Shown: piece by piece, positions 25,996 to 39,312 of the stretch | Layout: each line of letters opens with the position of its first letter | Numbering within the stretch: the first letter of the stretch is position 1 | DNA from: Octopus vulgaris | Lineage: Eukaryota | Reading direction: 5' to 3' | Assembly: GCA_951406725.2 (NCBI GenBank) | Contig: OX597817.1 | Coordinates: forward strand, 55,056,001 to 55,120,000 | DNA: 64,000 nt | Notes under the pieces: generated by a model | Database searches by the model: none | The model's input: the letters and a program-made list of their open reading frames with translations, nothing else | What the model was told of the DNA's origin: nothing | Program-made: the position numbers and the translations under genes

Positions 25996-26763
25996 ATAGA
26001 AAAAACTATTCAAACTGACATGCGTAACAATCCAAGTGGGTGTGTGGGTTGTGTAGCAGCGTCGGACTGGATAACTTATGGTATTTGCTCCGGCTCTTCG
26101 CATTCTAACATCCAATCTCACTATGGCTTATAGGGAAGCTGAACTTAATCCGTTGCCTGATTGAACACCATCTCTGACTTCAGTCGCCTTGAGAAAGTCT
26201 ACTTTGCTGCAAGCATTTTCGACATGATTCCACTTAAAGGATATCCCAGCCCCTAATTCTGACCAATTTCGTAGTAACTGGTCATTTACAGTGACTTTTA
26301 ACTTCACTAAATTTCAAAAATATAAAGCAGTAGATTAGCAGAATTGGTTTAGAGTCAGACTGAAGAAAATACCTTCTGGTGTTTATTGCGTCAATCTGCT
26401 TTCTGAAGTGAAATTCTAGTTGGTCACGCTGTTGCCTTGGAATCGATAAGATAAAGTCCCGGTGGAGTACAGGGGTTCATGTTACGACCCACTTCCCACA
26501 AAAGTACTAGGTTTCTGCCTAAGTTAGATACAAACAATATTAGCAAACCTAACCGGAAACATGGGTAGAAAGTAACATAACACAGAATGTGTGTCGTTAG
26601 CTAGCTGGAGAAGATGCCTTCCTGGGGCAATAAGCATCAGTAGCACTGTCCTCTATAGGACGCCACACTTAGTTGGCAAATAAATGTTAAAGTAACGTAA
26701 CGTTGAGAGAAGCACGTGATCGATTTAAGAACCCAAGTACATGATTGGTAGTTTACCGAGTTC

Positions 26764-27218
26764 AAGGCGGTGAGCTGTCAGAATCTTTAGCACGCCGGGC
26801 GAAATGCGTAGCCGTATTTCGTCTGCCGCTAGGTTCTGAGTTCAAATTCCGCCGAGGTCGACTTTGCCTTTCATCCTTTCGGGGTCGATTAAATAAGTAC
26901 CAGTTACGCACTGGGATCGATATAATCGGCTTAATCCGTTTGTCTGTCCTTGTTTGTCCTCCCTGTGTGTAACCCCTTGTGGGTAGTAAAGAAATAAGAA
27001 TCGTTAGCAGGCCGGGCGAAAGGCGTAGCTATATTTCGTCTGCCGTTACGTTCTGAGTTTAAATTCTGCCGATGCCGACTTTACCTTTCATCCTTTCGGC
27101 GTCGATTGAACAAGTACCAGTTATGCACTAGGGTCGATATAATCGACTCAATCCGTTTGTCGGTCCTTGTTTGTCCTCTCTGTGTTTAGCTCATTGTGGG
27201 TAGTAAAGAAATGGGTAT
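26764..27218 (+). mobile_element. SINE family B dimer with TSD
   Basis: Two tail-1 units; TTTACCGAGTTC at 26752-26763 and 27219-27230. Confidence 0.9.
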
Positions 27219-28611
27219 TTTACCGAGTTCGGAACGCTGAAATGTAAAATCAACCTTATTAAGATACGAACTTGGTGCATGGAACCGTACATCTAAACCG
27301 GCTTGCTGCCTTCGGGGCGATCTTGACCCTTCTTCTTCAAAGCCCAGGCTTTGGCTCTATAGTAAATACTTTCTGTACATATCTTAGAAAGTGTTTCTTA
27401 GACACATATATTACGTGGGGGAACACAGTCGCTATTGTCAACCGTATCTAATAACTGGTACTTAGTTACTCGATTCAGAATGAAGAAAAGTCCCTAAAAG
27501 AAGAAGGGGATACAGCAGGTTATTTTAACTCCATTCTATCGTGTTTTTTTTTTATTCAAGATCCCTTTGATAAGAATTTCATTTTCTCCTTTTTTGGTCT
27601 ATTTTTGAAAAGAAAAAATCTACATTGTATTTTGTCCCCTCTGTGTGGCTAATAAAGAAACTTTATCTATCTAATTTTTACCATAGGACAAGGGATTGTT
27701 ATTCTGAAGGCACGTACGGTCGTTTATATCCCTTCCTTTGGCCCAACAATTGTATTTATTTTATCAACCACGGAAGGATGAGAGAAAAATTTGAGCTTGG
27801 CCTGATGCAATATGAAAAAATCAACACGGTATAACTAAATAATGCATGACACCGTGTCCAGTGACCGACCAATTTTACTAAAGCACCACCACCACCACCA
27901 CCACCACCACCATCACCACTACCACCACTACTTTGTGTAATGTCCTATAGTTTCTGCCAATACACTGCAATAAATTAATAGCAAATGTTCAAATGTTTCG
28001 AGTATGAATCAATATTTAAAATCGATATATCTGATATTATAGCATGTCAATATTTTATCCAATGACTAAATATAGGTTACACTACGATTTATATTTTGTG
28101 GTCGAAAAAAAAACGGATAATACGTTTAACTCATTAGAGCATAAATTCTAATTTTCATTCTATAATTAATTACAATTAATTAACTAGTAAAATAAACAGC
28201 ATGAATGAAAATGTCATAAAAATGACGAATGTAGAAAACTTTAGAATGATGAATATTTTAAAAAATGATTCGGGGAAACTATTTAAAATTCAATTAAATG
28301 TTTGGTGTTGCAATATCTTTTGACAAGCTTGATTTTAGGTCACATTAAATTAAAGTTTCTGTCACGAATATTGAAATAATTTCCTATCAAATTCTATTGG
28401 GATCATTCCAATTTACAGTTCCTCGAGTGTCAACATCTCTCTCCTTCAAGAGTATCAGGTAAGAACGAGGGACTTACTCTATAGCCTATTGCTCCCCACA
28501 AGATTTCTCGTCTTGCGCTTTTAGAATTTCACTGTTATCCCCTCAATAATGAGTCTCTATAGTGTTGCCAATACTCTTGGTTTAATGTCAGGCTTCTGAC
28601 CATATAGCCCC

Positions 28612-29367
28612 TGGAGTGGGTGTGTGGTAAGTAGCTTGCTTCCAAACCACATGGTTCCGGGTTCAGTCCCACTGTATGGCTCCTTGCGCAAATGTTTTCT
28701 ACTATAGCCTGGGGCCGACCAAAGCCTTATGAGTGGATTTGGTAACGGAAACTGAAAGGAGCTCGTTATATATATATATATATCAAAATTTAGATTCAGA
28801 TGAATATGGTACTTAAGTTAAAGGCACCAAAATTTAGTATGGTATTATCCATATAATTCAAAATGGGGTGATTATAATCAAAATAAGCAACAAGGATATC
28901 CAGGGGTAATGCACAGTACGATCGTTTCATGCAACTCCATTTAATTGAACAATGAAAACATTACATCAATTTAAAATGTAGAGCAATCTTATATATATAT
29001 AAGTATATATATATATATATATATATATATAAGTATATAAATTAATCAAAATAAAAACATGATGCCAAGGATTCAGCGGTACATATGTTTCGGGCCTTTA
29101 TTAGACGGATTTATAACAATGCATAATATGTGTCTATGGCCTTGGCATCAACTTATGTGTCTGTGTTGGTTCCCGCCACCATCGCATGACAACCGATGTT
29201 AGTGTGTTTACGTCCCCGTAACCTAGCTGTTCGGCAAAAGAGACCGATATGATATGTACTAGCCTTTCAAAGAATAAGTCCTGTGGTCGATTTGTTCCAC
29301 TACAAGCGCTGCTCCAGTATGGCTGTAGTCAAATGACTGAAACAAATAAAGAGAATAAAAGAAAAGA
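28612..29367 (+). mobile_element. SINE family A with insertions in its internal (TA)n
   Basis: Head 28612-28768 and tail 29165-29367 match family A; ~400 bp of other sequence lies between them. Confidence 0.85.
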
Positions 29368-29779
29368 ATATATTCGGATCACTCATTATTCAGCCACTGC
29401 TATAGTCGCTGTTCAGCTGAAATCAACTCATATACAACAACAAACAAAAAGGAAAGATCTCTGCTGCTGAGGAGTAAATAATCACCCCGAAATACATGCA
29501 TCCATCAGTTTGATTATGGAGCGCTGAGAAATGTTTCGGTGTGTTTACACTTCTTTGTCTTTAGCAAGAAATTTTCTAAATGACGAAATACAGTGAACGG
29601 GTTTCTTGCGGGATCGAGTATGCCTCAAGCATAATTAAACTTGTAACAATTTTTTGTGTTGATACACATCACGGGTTAGCAGCATTTGTGCCATAGAGAC
29701 ATCACCATTAGTACTGTATTGCCATAGTTATTAATGTACCATAGTTGGTGTTCCGACTTATTGGTTTCAAATAATAGGA

Positions 29780-30210
29780 GCAGGAGAGTAATTTGGGGAA
29801 AGAGGTAAGTCGATCATATCGACCCTTCCTCCCACCGCTAGTGTTCGAAAGGTATTTAATTTATCGACCCCGAAAGGATGGACGGCAAGATTCACCTTGG
29901 CATAATTTGAACTCAGAACTCAGAAAGACGGATGAAATGCTACTAAGTATTTAGCTCTGCGCAATAATCATTCTTCCGATCTTAGTTATTGGTTTTAATT
30001 AGTTATTTCAGCACAAGGCCTGCAATTTCGAGGGATCAGATAAGTTGTTTAGATCGACCCCAGTGCACAGCTGGTACTTATTTCATCAACTTCGAAATTA
30101 TGAAAAGCAAAGTGGGCCTTGAGGGATTTTGAACTGAGAGCATAAAGACGGTCGAAAGGCCGCTAAACATTTAGTCCGGCGTACTAATGATTCCGCCAGC
30201 TCGCCACCTC
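29780..30210 (-). mobile_element. Two older SINE family B copies
   Basis: TTATCGACCCCGAAAGGATG... and GATTCCGCCAGCTCGCCACC (reverse-complement head). Confidence 0.75.
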
Positions 30211-31271
30211 GGTGTGCCGAAATATTGCACAGAGGTAGTAATTATGAAGAATCTGATGAAGAAAAGATATGGAATTTACTGTCGATGCCAACTGAAAGTT
30301 TTGGAATCTCGTTACTAAGGAAAGCTAAAATAAAATTAGATTTATTCCTCCGAAATGTCAAACAGCAATTTGACAGCCAATAAAATCAAACCCTACAAAT
30401 TATATTTGACATTTAATAGTGTTGCTATTGCAGAAAATTCGAAAGCGATAATTTTGTAAAACTTCTTATTAACCCGGATTGATCCCAGCAAAATTGAATA
30501 TTTCCAAGTCATGCCTCGATGTATGCGTGTGTGTATGTGTGTTTGTGTGTGTGTGTGTGTGTATGAATGCGTGGTGTGTAAGTGTGGCATTCTGTGGAAG
30601 TGCTCGTGTATGTGTATGCGTATGTATATCGTTCTATGAATGTCATTTGAGAAGGAGAAAAATACGAGAGAATGTGAATACAAGAGAGAGAAAGAGAGAG
30701 ACAGAGAAATAGAGAGGGAGAAATAGAGAGAAACTGAGAGAGAGAGAGAGAGTTAGAGAGAGGTTTCTGTGCGATAAAAATTCTGTTGCTTTGAGTGCGA
30801 GTACGTGTGTGTGTGGATGTGTGTGTGAGCATATGTGTTGTGTATCTTTGTATGCGTTTGTGTCTGTATAGGTAAGTGCGCATGTCTTTACACCTACATA
30901 CGTGTTATATTGCTTCCTAGTTGAATTAAGCTCACGTGTGTGTGTGTGTGTGCGCGTGTGTGTGTGTGTCTGTGTTTGTGTGATTGTTCGTACATAGACG
31001 CAGTGCGCTAAACGCGTTGCTTCATTTTGCCCAGAAGGTCGTTGGTCGGTCGACTATAATCAGTCTGATTGCAAACAACCTGTTCACGTCTCCCTCGCAT
31101 ATTACAGAAATTAACATCAAATTGGGAGAATACAAATTTAGAAGCGAGAAATTTGGAAATTCTCATGTTATATCTAGGAAACTTTTTGAAATGCAGACGG
31201 GAAACTAAATTCTTTCTTAACTAGAAGAATTGGGCGAATTCAATGATGCCGCTCGTCAAGGTTATTGTAAA

Positions 31272-31665
31272 ACTAGCAGTATCGCCCGGCGTTGCTCGGG
31301 TTTGTTTCAACTCTTTACAATCAGAATTTTTGAAAAGTAAAAATTTTGAATTATATAGCTTGTTATTCTCTTTAAGTGAACATTTTTCTGGTTGAAATAC
31401 ACCGAAAACTGGCGACACAGCAGTCAAAAAATCGTAAAAAATAGGGATTTTCATAGAAAAAAATCACCTTTTTTATGTAAATAATTTTTGGTGTTAACAT
31501 CGTCCGATTTGAACTTTTTCTTCTACGGAAGGAAGAGAAAGCCTTCTTCTATCATACTCTCAATTTTGGTCAACTTGCGTCGCAGGGTCTCGGAGGAGAT
31601 AGTGTTAGTTGAAGGCTACCAAACCTGCCATACACAGACAACTTCAGCTTCATATATAGAAAGAT
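31272..31665 (+). mobile_element. Helentron-associated (HINE/DINE-1-like) non-autonomous element
   Basis: Starts ACTAGCAGTATCGCCCGGCGTTGCTCGGG (5' hairpin CCCGG..CTCGGG) and ends GGAGGAGATAG...CAGACAACTTCAGCTTCATATATAGAAAGAT, an architecture I associate with invertebrate HINEs. Confidence 0.65.
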
Positions 31666-32169
31666 TAAATTTAGGTCACGTGATTCCACAAATATACAAA
31701 TGCTATGAATTCTTCAAATTACAAATGTTCTGGATGAATATACTTTAAAGCAACATATGGGTCAATGTGTTAGACGTTGTCTTTGCATCCCTGAATTCAC
31801 AGACTCGTGGCTTATCTTAGAAATTTCGTTCTTTTTAGTCTTACAGTCTCCGACCAATCCACAACACGTGGCTTAAATTGGGAGATGGAAACTGTATAGA
31901 AGCGTATGAAGTGAGTCGTACCAGTAATTCTAACGGTACAGCCTTGTCATAGACTATGTCACTCTATTTCCACACGTGTATGTGAGATATTCGTCCACGT
32001 GAACATTAGTTTAGACGCTGGTATTTCATTTAAAGTTGAGTACTCATCATCGAACGTGACGGAGGTCCTCATCCAGACGAATAAATAGAATATATTTATA
32101 GTTTTGATAAAGAGGAGGGTAAACCATATACTCTAATGTTTGTATCTACGTCTCTTTGTGTGAGTATTT

Positions 32170-32218
<49 letters not shown>

Positions 32219-32258
32219 TAACAATAATCCTAAGATGGAATTTACAAACCTTTAAAGC

Positions 32259-32389
32259 ATCGCTACACGCGTTTCCAAACATCGCAAGCCTCTTAAGCTC
32301 AGAATCCGGATTCCTGGGATGATTCCAGTGTAGTCCGTAGTATCCGTGGTAATCAGATTGATCATCATAGATTCATTTCTTCAGGTGAT
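32259..32389 (-). ncRNA. Degenerate hammerhead-like motif with a ~100-nt stem II region
   Basis: ATCAC-CTGAAGA-(102 nt)-GAAAC-GCGT-GTA-GCGAT; stem I 4/5 bp; base of stem II poorly paired. Confidence 0.45.
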
Positions 32390-32580
32390 ATAACATTAAT
32401 GGATGTACAACAGAGGGATGCTTATCCCCTTTGACGAGTATGGAGGTTGAGTGAATTACGTGAGTATTTCTCTGTGTATATCAGGCGCTGTATTTGCATT
32501 TTCAAAACGTTCCTCGTAAACAAAATTAAACATACATACATACATGCATGCATGCATATATATATGTACATATATATATA

Positions 32581-32630
<50 letters not shown>

Positions 32631-33099
32631 CATGTATGAATGTAAACTGAGATTAAACTGCAAACGGCGGTGAGTCACCTGTTCGGGAGTTCCGTTGTGG
32701 GAAGAGTGGAATCACCCCTTGATTACCACTACTCTTTCAACTGACACTCGGATGCGTAAGGTAGGTCTGCTCACGCGAATCATTCTTGCTACATTCAGCC
32801 ACGTGATCTAGCCTGTGCGCTTACGCTTCCGTTTTCTGTTGATGGGACGCTTTCCATAGGTCAGGTGCACCGTTTGCTGTCAATCTACATTCGCCAAATG
32901 GAGGACTGGGCGTACCGTGGCCGCTAATGTGCAGGCATGCGCTAATGCAGTGACATCTCCAGCTCTTCTTAGATAGTGAACAGGTGTGAGTGTCGTTTGT
33001 CAGATTCGCTCTTTCACAATTCGTCTCTTTGATTGGGCTCCAGTCCTGGGCGGGCGAAGGGTAAACCGAAAGAGGGCACCTGGCAACTAAATGAATTGT

Positions 33100-33391
33100 A
33101 AAGTCGACCTCGGCGGAATTTGAACTAAGAACGTAAAGACAGACGAAATACCTATTTCTTTACCCCCCCCCCACACAAGGGGCTATTCACAGAGAGGACA
33201 AACAAGGACTGACAAACGGATTAAGTCGATTATATCGACCCCAGTGCGTAACTGGTACTTATTTAATTGATCCCGAAAGGATGAAAGGCAAAGTCGACCT
33301 CGGCGGAATTTGAACACAGAACGTAACGGCAGACGAAATACCGCGAAGCATTTCGCCCGGCGTGCTAACATTTCTGCCAGCTCGGCGCCTT
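33100..33391 (-). mobile_element. SINE family B (tail-1 unit followed by a partial second unit)
   Basis: Reverse complement of the family B consensus; junction at 33152. Confidence 0.9.
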
Positions 33392-34989
33392 CTTTTCAGA
33401 GAAAGAACGAGAAATCTTTATCACTTAATCCCGTAAAATTCCCATAGTTTTCTGCTAACCATTCGCGAAATCCTGAAAAAAAAAGAGCACTTGCTGTTCA
33501 TAAATATTAACACAGTATTATGACTTTATGTCGGTGATATTCATTTTAATATAACCCCGGGTGGACGGATAATTATATGATTGCCTCCTTTGAGAATCGA
33601 TCTCAGAAAGACGTTTTAACTAGATGCCATATATATATATATGTTGTCCAAAACATTGCCGTTTATATTTATTTTTCTTTCTGCTACTCAAAATATTGTA
33701 TTTATCTTCGAGAATCATAATAAAAAATGTTAAAGTACAAAATATTTCTGTTATACATATAAAATAAACATATATATACATATATAAAATCTTAGTCCAG
33801 CGCGAAAAAATAATTTACAGTCAACAATATGTAATTAATTCTGAGAAAAAATTATTTATTCATATATTTGGATGTTTTTAGCTATGTCTTCAGAATTTTT
33901 GCGACACAACGCATTTTCTATTTATTTATATGTACACATTTTAAAAAAAATAATGTGGATTTTTCTTTTTAATTTTTTGTGTTTCTAATTAATATTCCTG
34001 GTAGCACAGCAGGAAATTCAGAACACCACGTGATAATTTGGTTTGACGCCTGAGCTATTGTTCTAGCCCTCTTGCACCCCTCCTTCTTATTTTACCTGAT
34101 TTCAAGAAGCAGATCTAATTAAAACATTCGGTGTGCATGTACATATGAATTTGTGTGCGCGTGCTTAACACGTATCTGTGTGCGTGCGTGTGTGTGTGCG
34201 TGTGTGTTTGTAATTTATTTATTTATTCATCTTTAATTTTTTTTCTAAATTTATTTATTATTTATATATTTATTCCTTAGTTTATTTATTACATTTTATT
34301 TATTTATTATTTATTTATTTCGAATTTGATTTTTCCAAAAATGTCTTTTTAAACCTGACTGTATTTAAGCAGAAACCGATTTCTCAAATTGTCAACTATG
34401 GAATTTGGAAAGAATTCTATTTTTTTTTCCTTTATTCATTGTCTTCCTTCAGCATTTCTCATTTTCTAAATTTATCCATCTTTGTTTTCCCCTCTTCATT
34501 TATCAACGAAGGAATCTGGCAGTAGAATTCCTATTTCCATTGTCTTTGCAAATCTCTTTCCATTGCCACCAGATTCCATATATTTCATTTCCTTCTCCTT
34601 CCGAAGAGGCTTCACCGATTAAGTGGCTGAGTATTCCAACATTCACATCACGATAATATCATTAGCCACATCTTCCTCTCCTTCTAACCTAATATCTCCC
34701 GATCTTAATCAGCTCTTTGTTGTTGGTGTTGTTGTTAATGTGCCTCACCTCACTTCTGAGCCAGCAAACCTATCATTTCGATTTAAAGACACAATATATC
34801 TAGGAGTACAAAGACGTGTTTTACCATTTGCGAAGACACACGGCCTGGTCTGGTGGACAGGCTGGGCAATTTATGATCGTAGAATTGTGGATTCAATACC
34901 TGTACTGGATGACACGATGTGTTATTCAGCAAGACATTCCTGTTCACGTGACTCTACTCAGTACCAGTCGGGTGTTGCTTTCTCTTCTT

Positions 34990-35037
<48 letters not shown>

Positions 35038-35399
35038 CTCTCGTGAAGATGAGGAGATAATGAGAGCAGGCGAAGAAGATGAACAGAATGAATAAAAAAT
35101 AAAATCCTTTGTGGAGTTGGCTGTCTATGATGGGATGAAGGGGTGGTGCTAGAGCTGTGCAATCTTGCGCGCATTAATGTTACCATTTCTTATTAATAAC
35201 TGTATTGTTTCGTTCCGGGTAAATTGACATCTAACTGTTCAACGAAGACTTCAAATGTAACTAGTAGTGACTTCTCGTGAAAATGGACAAAATCTGACAT
35301 CGTGGTGTTACCAAGTAACATTCATTCTTCTCTATGCGACTTAAAATTTCTGCTATAAACTTGAGAAACCTTCGCATGGAACCGAATTAAACAGTCTTA

Positions 35400-35506
<107 letters not shown>

Positions 35507-35509
35507 TAT

Positions 35510-35682
35510 ATATAGTTGAAATTCATAGAAAAACAAAATTAGAAAACAGGTGCATGAAAAACAAGCATGTGTAATAGTTTGACGCTCGGGGAAAATGAAA
35601 AAGTATTTTACGTTTTGAGCCTACGCTCTTCAACAGAAAGGAATAAGAGAAAATAAACAGAGAGAGAATAAAAAAAACGTAC
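35510..35682 (-). mobile_element. Second copy of the ~170-bp hammerhead-like repeat (homolog of 2165-2332)
   Basis: Minus strand CTTTCTGTTGAAGAGCGTAGGCTCAAAACGTAAAATAC...CCGAGCGTCAAACTATTACAC...CACCTG aligns with the copy at 2197-2300. Confidence 0.75.
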
Positions 35683-36397
35683 AGAGTTTAACGGTCCGAG
35701 ATGGTGAATGATTCATAAAAAAACAGGTTGAAAGAAAGGATGATTATGATAAAAAAGAGGTTGATGAGGGTAGCCTGACTTGGCCACAGCGAATAGGTGA
35801 AACCGGTAGAAGATAAATGACGTTTGTGTGTTGGGTGATTCAGGACAGAAATGCAATAGGAGATGGAGAACAAGTAATACATTTTCCCAAATGTTTAATC
35901 TTGTAAGCGTTCTGTTTACGATAATCGTACTATATCAATGTATGTATATATATTTGTGTGTGAATGCTTGTGCGTGTGTGTTTGTATGGATGTGTGTGTT
36001 TGTATGAGTATATAACGACAGCCATCATTCGTGAGTATCATTTCTGAGTATGTATGTGTTTTAAACTTTTCCAATAATGTTTTTCAGGTATTCATTGAGT
36101 CGCAAACATACATATATAGTAGATAGTTCATTCTTATTTTGACGCAGAGAAATATCTTCATCCATGTTATATGATTCAAAAGAGAAAGAGGGCTGCACCG
36201 TTTTCAAGAATTTATCGCCCACAAAAACATGGAAGTTAAAGTTGGTCCGGTCAGATTTGAACCAAGGTAAGAACTGAAGAGAAACAAATCAAATAACAAA
36301 ACACATTTCATTCTCTGCTTCTAAACCACGGCTACATCTAATGCAATGTATTCGGGTAGCAGTTATCTTCACACGTTCCATATTTCTCCATTCTACT

Positions 36398-36955
36398 GCG
36401 GTGAGTTGGCAGAATCGTTTCCACGCCATCAAAATGTTTTTCATCATTTCGGGGTCGATAAAACAAGTACCAGTAGAGCGCTGGGGTCAATGTGATCGAC
36501 TTATCCCTCCACCACAACTGCTGGTCTTGTGAAATAAATTGAAATCAAAATTTCTTCGTTCTAAGGCGACGACGAGCAGGTAAAATTGTTAGCAAAACCG
36601 GGCGAAATGCTTCGCGGTATTTCGTCTGCCGTTACATTCTGAGTTCAAATTCCGCCGAGGTCGACTTTGCCTTTCATCCTTTCGGGGTCGATTAAATAAG
36701 TACCAGTTACGAACTGGGGTCGATATAATCGACTTAATCCGTTTGTCTGTCCTTGTTTGCCCCCACTGTGTTTGGCCCCTTGTGGGTAGTAAAGAAATTC
36801 GTCCAGCTTTACGTTCTGAGTTCAAATTTTGCTGAGGTCTACATTGTTTTCCAGCCTTTTGCGGGTGGATGAAACAAGTATCAGCTGACCCCTGATCTCG
36901 ATGTAATCGACGTGCCCCCCTCCCTTGAAAATTTTGGCCTTCAGTCAAAATTTCA
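36398..36955 (+). mobile_element. SINE family B cluster (old copy, tail-1 unit, tail-2 unit)
   Basis: Family B core occurs three times. Confidence 0.85.
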
Positions 36956-37724
36956 AGCGAACATTTCTCCATTCCTTTCGCTTTTCTTCTTTGTCATTAT
37001 GTTCTTCGTGTGCTGCTGTTGTCGTTGATGTTATTTTCCTTCTTCTCCTCATTGTCTTTCTTCACTTTGTTTTCTTTCTCCCCCTCCTCCCCCTCCTCCT
37101 CCTCTTCCTCCTCCTCACTTCTTCTCCCAATGTGACAAATGTATTCTATAGCGATATATCGATCTGCTTCACGTAGTTTGGTCTTAAAGAGAATTTCGGG
37201 TTAATTCTTGACGTTGTTAGAAGCATTGTATCCATGTTTGTGGTCTGTCAATATTAACAATGGTGTTTTCCAAGAAAAGCTGCGTGTCATCGTGTTATGA
37301 TGCCTATTTGGTTTAGTCTCGTAAAAGCCATATTCTTCCAGCATGGAACAATTGCACATGGTTAACTGTAGAATTCTGTCTCCGTTTAAACGAAGAACAC
37401 CATTAAAGCAATACCGAATTTATTCTCAAGGAGAACAACTAATTCTCTTTCTCTATTGCCCTTTTTTTCCTTTTTCTTTCATTTAACACCTTCACAATTC
37501 TTTATCTGTCTTTCGTTCATTTTCTTTCCCTTCTTTCTTTCTCTCTTTTCCCTTCCTTTAATTTCTTTCACTCGCTAATTCTTTTCTATTCTTTTACAGC
37601 CTGTTCTTTTCTTCTTTTTTTTTTCTTCCAGCCTGTCCTTCGCTCTTTCAATATATTCTCACCATTCTTTCGATTCTATTCTCTGACAATCCAAAATTTA
37701 TTCTCCCTTTCGTTCTTTATATTG

Positions 37725-37779
<55 letters not shown>

Positions 37780-37877
37780 GTCGTCTTCTTCTTCTTCTTC
37801 TTCTTCTTCTTCTTCTTCTTCTTCTTCTTCTTCTTCTTCTTCTTTTCTTCTTCTTCTTCTTCTTCTGCCATTCCTTT

Positions 37878-37920
<43 letters not shown>

Positions 37921-37980
37921 CCGTTTTCTTCTTCTTCTTCTTCTTTTCTTCTTCTTCTTCTTCTTCTTCTTCTTCTTCTT
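37725..37980. repeat. (CAT)n-(CTT)n compound microsatellite, twice
   Basis: Directly visible. Confidence 0.95.
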
Positions 37981-38010
37981 CCATCATTCCGTTGTGTATT
38001 CGTTACAGCT

Positions 38011-38054
<44 letters not shown>

Positions 38055-38355
38055 CTCATACATGCATGTATAGACAAGCAACCACACATACATGTTCTGT
38101 CTGTTTGTCTGTCTGCCTGCTTTTCCCTCCCCCTCTCTTTCCTTTTCTTATACGCACATCGCTATACATGTGTGCATACTAGATTGTGAATGTATACATA
38201 TGTATATGCACGCACTGTTGCACACATACATATATAGATACACACACGTATGCACATACTTAAATACACATACACGAGTGTGTGTGTGTGTGTTTGCGCG
38301 CGTCTGTGTGCGTGTGTATGTGTATGCGTTTGGGTCTGTACATGTGTTCGGGCGC

Positions 38356-38406
<51 letters not shown>

Positions 38407-38535
38407 GTGTGTGTGTGTGAGTGTGTTCCCTTTCTCACTTTTGAATCGCTCTGCCGATTATAAAACCTGGTTTTCATAGTGAAGTTCACTTTATCTCTCT
38501 CTCTCTCTCCCTGTTTCTCTCTTGCACACAGAAAT

Positions 38536-38566
<31 letters not shown>

Positions 38567-39161
38567 TACACACGCACGAACACACCCATACACCCTCCCC
38601 CCACACACACACTGAATTTCCAATATCTGAATATGTACATAACAACAACAACAATAAATACAGCCACCTTAACAGCAATTAGAAATTTCCCTAATTTTCT
38701 TTCATCTGTTTCTATGCCTACCTGTCTGTCTGACAGTCTGCCTGTTTCTTTTAGTGTATACTCGCCCCCGCGCTCACCCCCGCTTCCCTGACGCTCCCCC
38801 CCGCACACTTGCCGTTCTTTAGATAATTGTAGGACTATGTACATAACAACAACACCAGTAACATTGGAAATATAAACCATGAGAAGTTTCTTTTCCTACT
38901 ATTCTGCTATTTCTCCCGCTTTCCCTTTCCCTCTCCTTCTCTCTCTCAATCATACTTTCTCTCTCTCCCCGTCTCTTTCCCCTTCTCTCTCTATATATAT
39001 ATGTATATATTTGTATATATATGTATGTGTGTGTGTATATATATAAATATATATATAATATATATATACATATATATAATATATAAATATGTGTGTGCAT
39101 ATACATACATATTCACATACATTATGTAAATACATATATATATATATATATATATATAAAC

Positions 39162-39202
<41 letters not shown>

Positions 39203-39259
39203 CACGTAATCTGAGTGAATATGTATATGTACATATATATGTGTATATGTGTACGTATA

Positions 39260-39312
<53 letters not shown>

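Noticed and set aside
28420-28605. Possible RTE-like fragment (YGSEAWTL-like) on the minus strand
   Set aside because: It needs several indels to read the motif; too decayed to support without a translated search.
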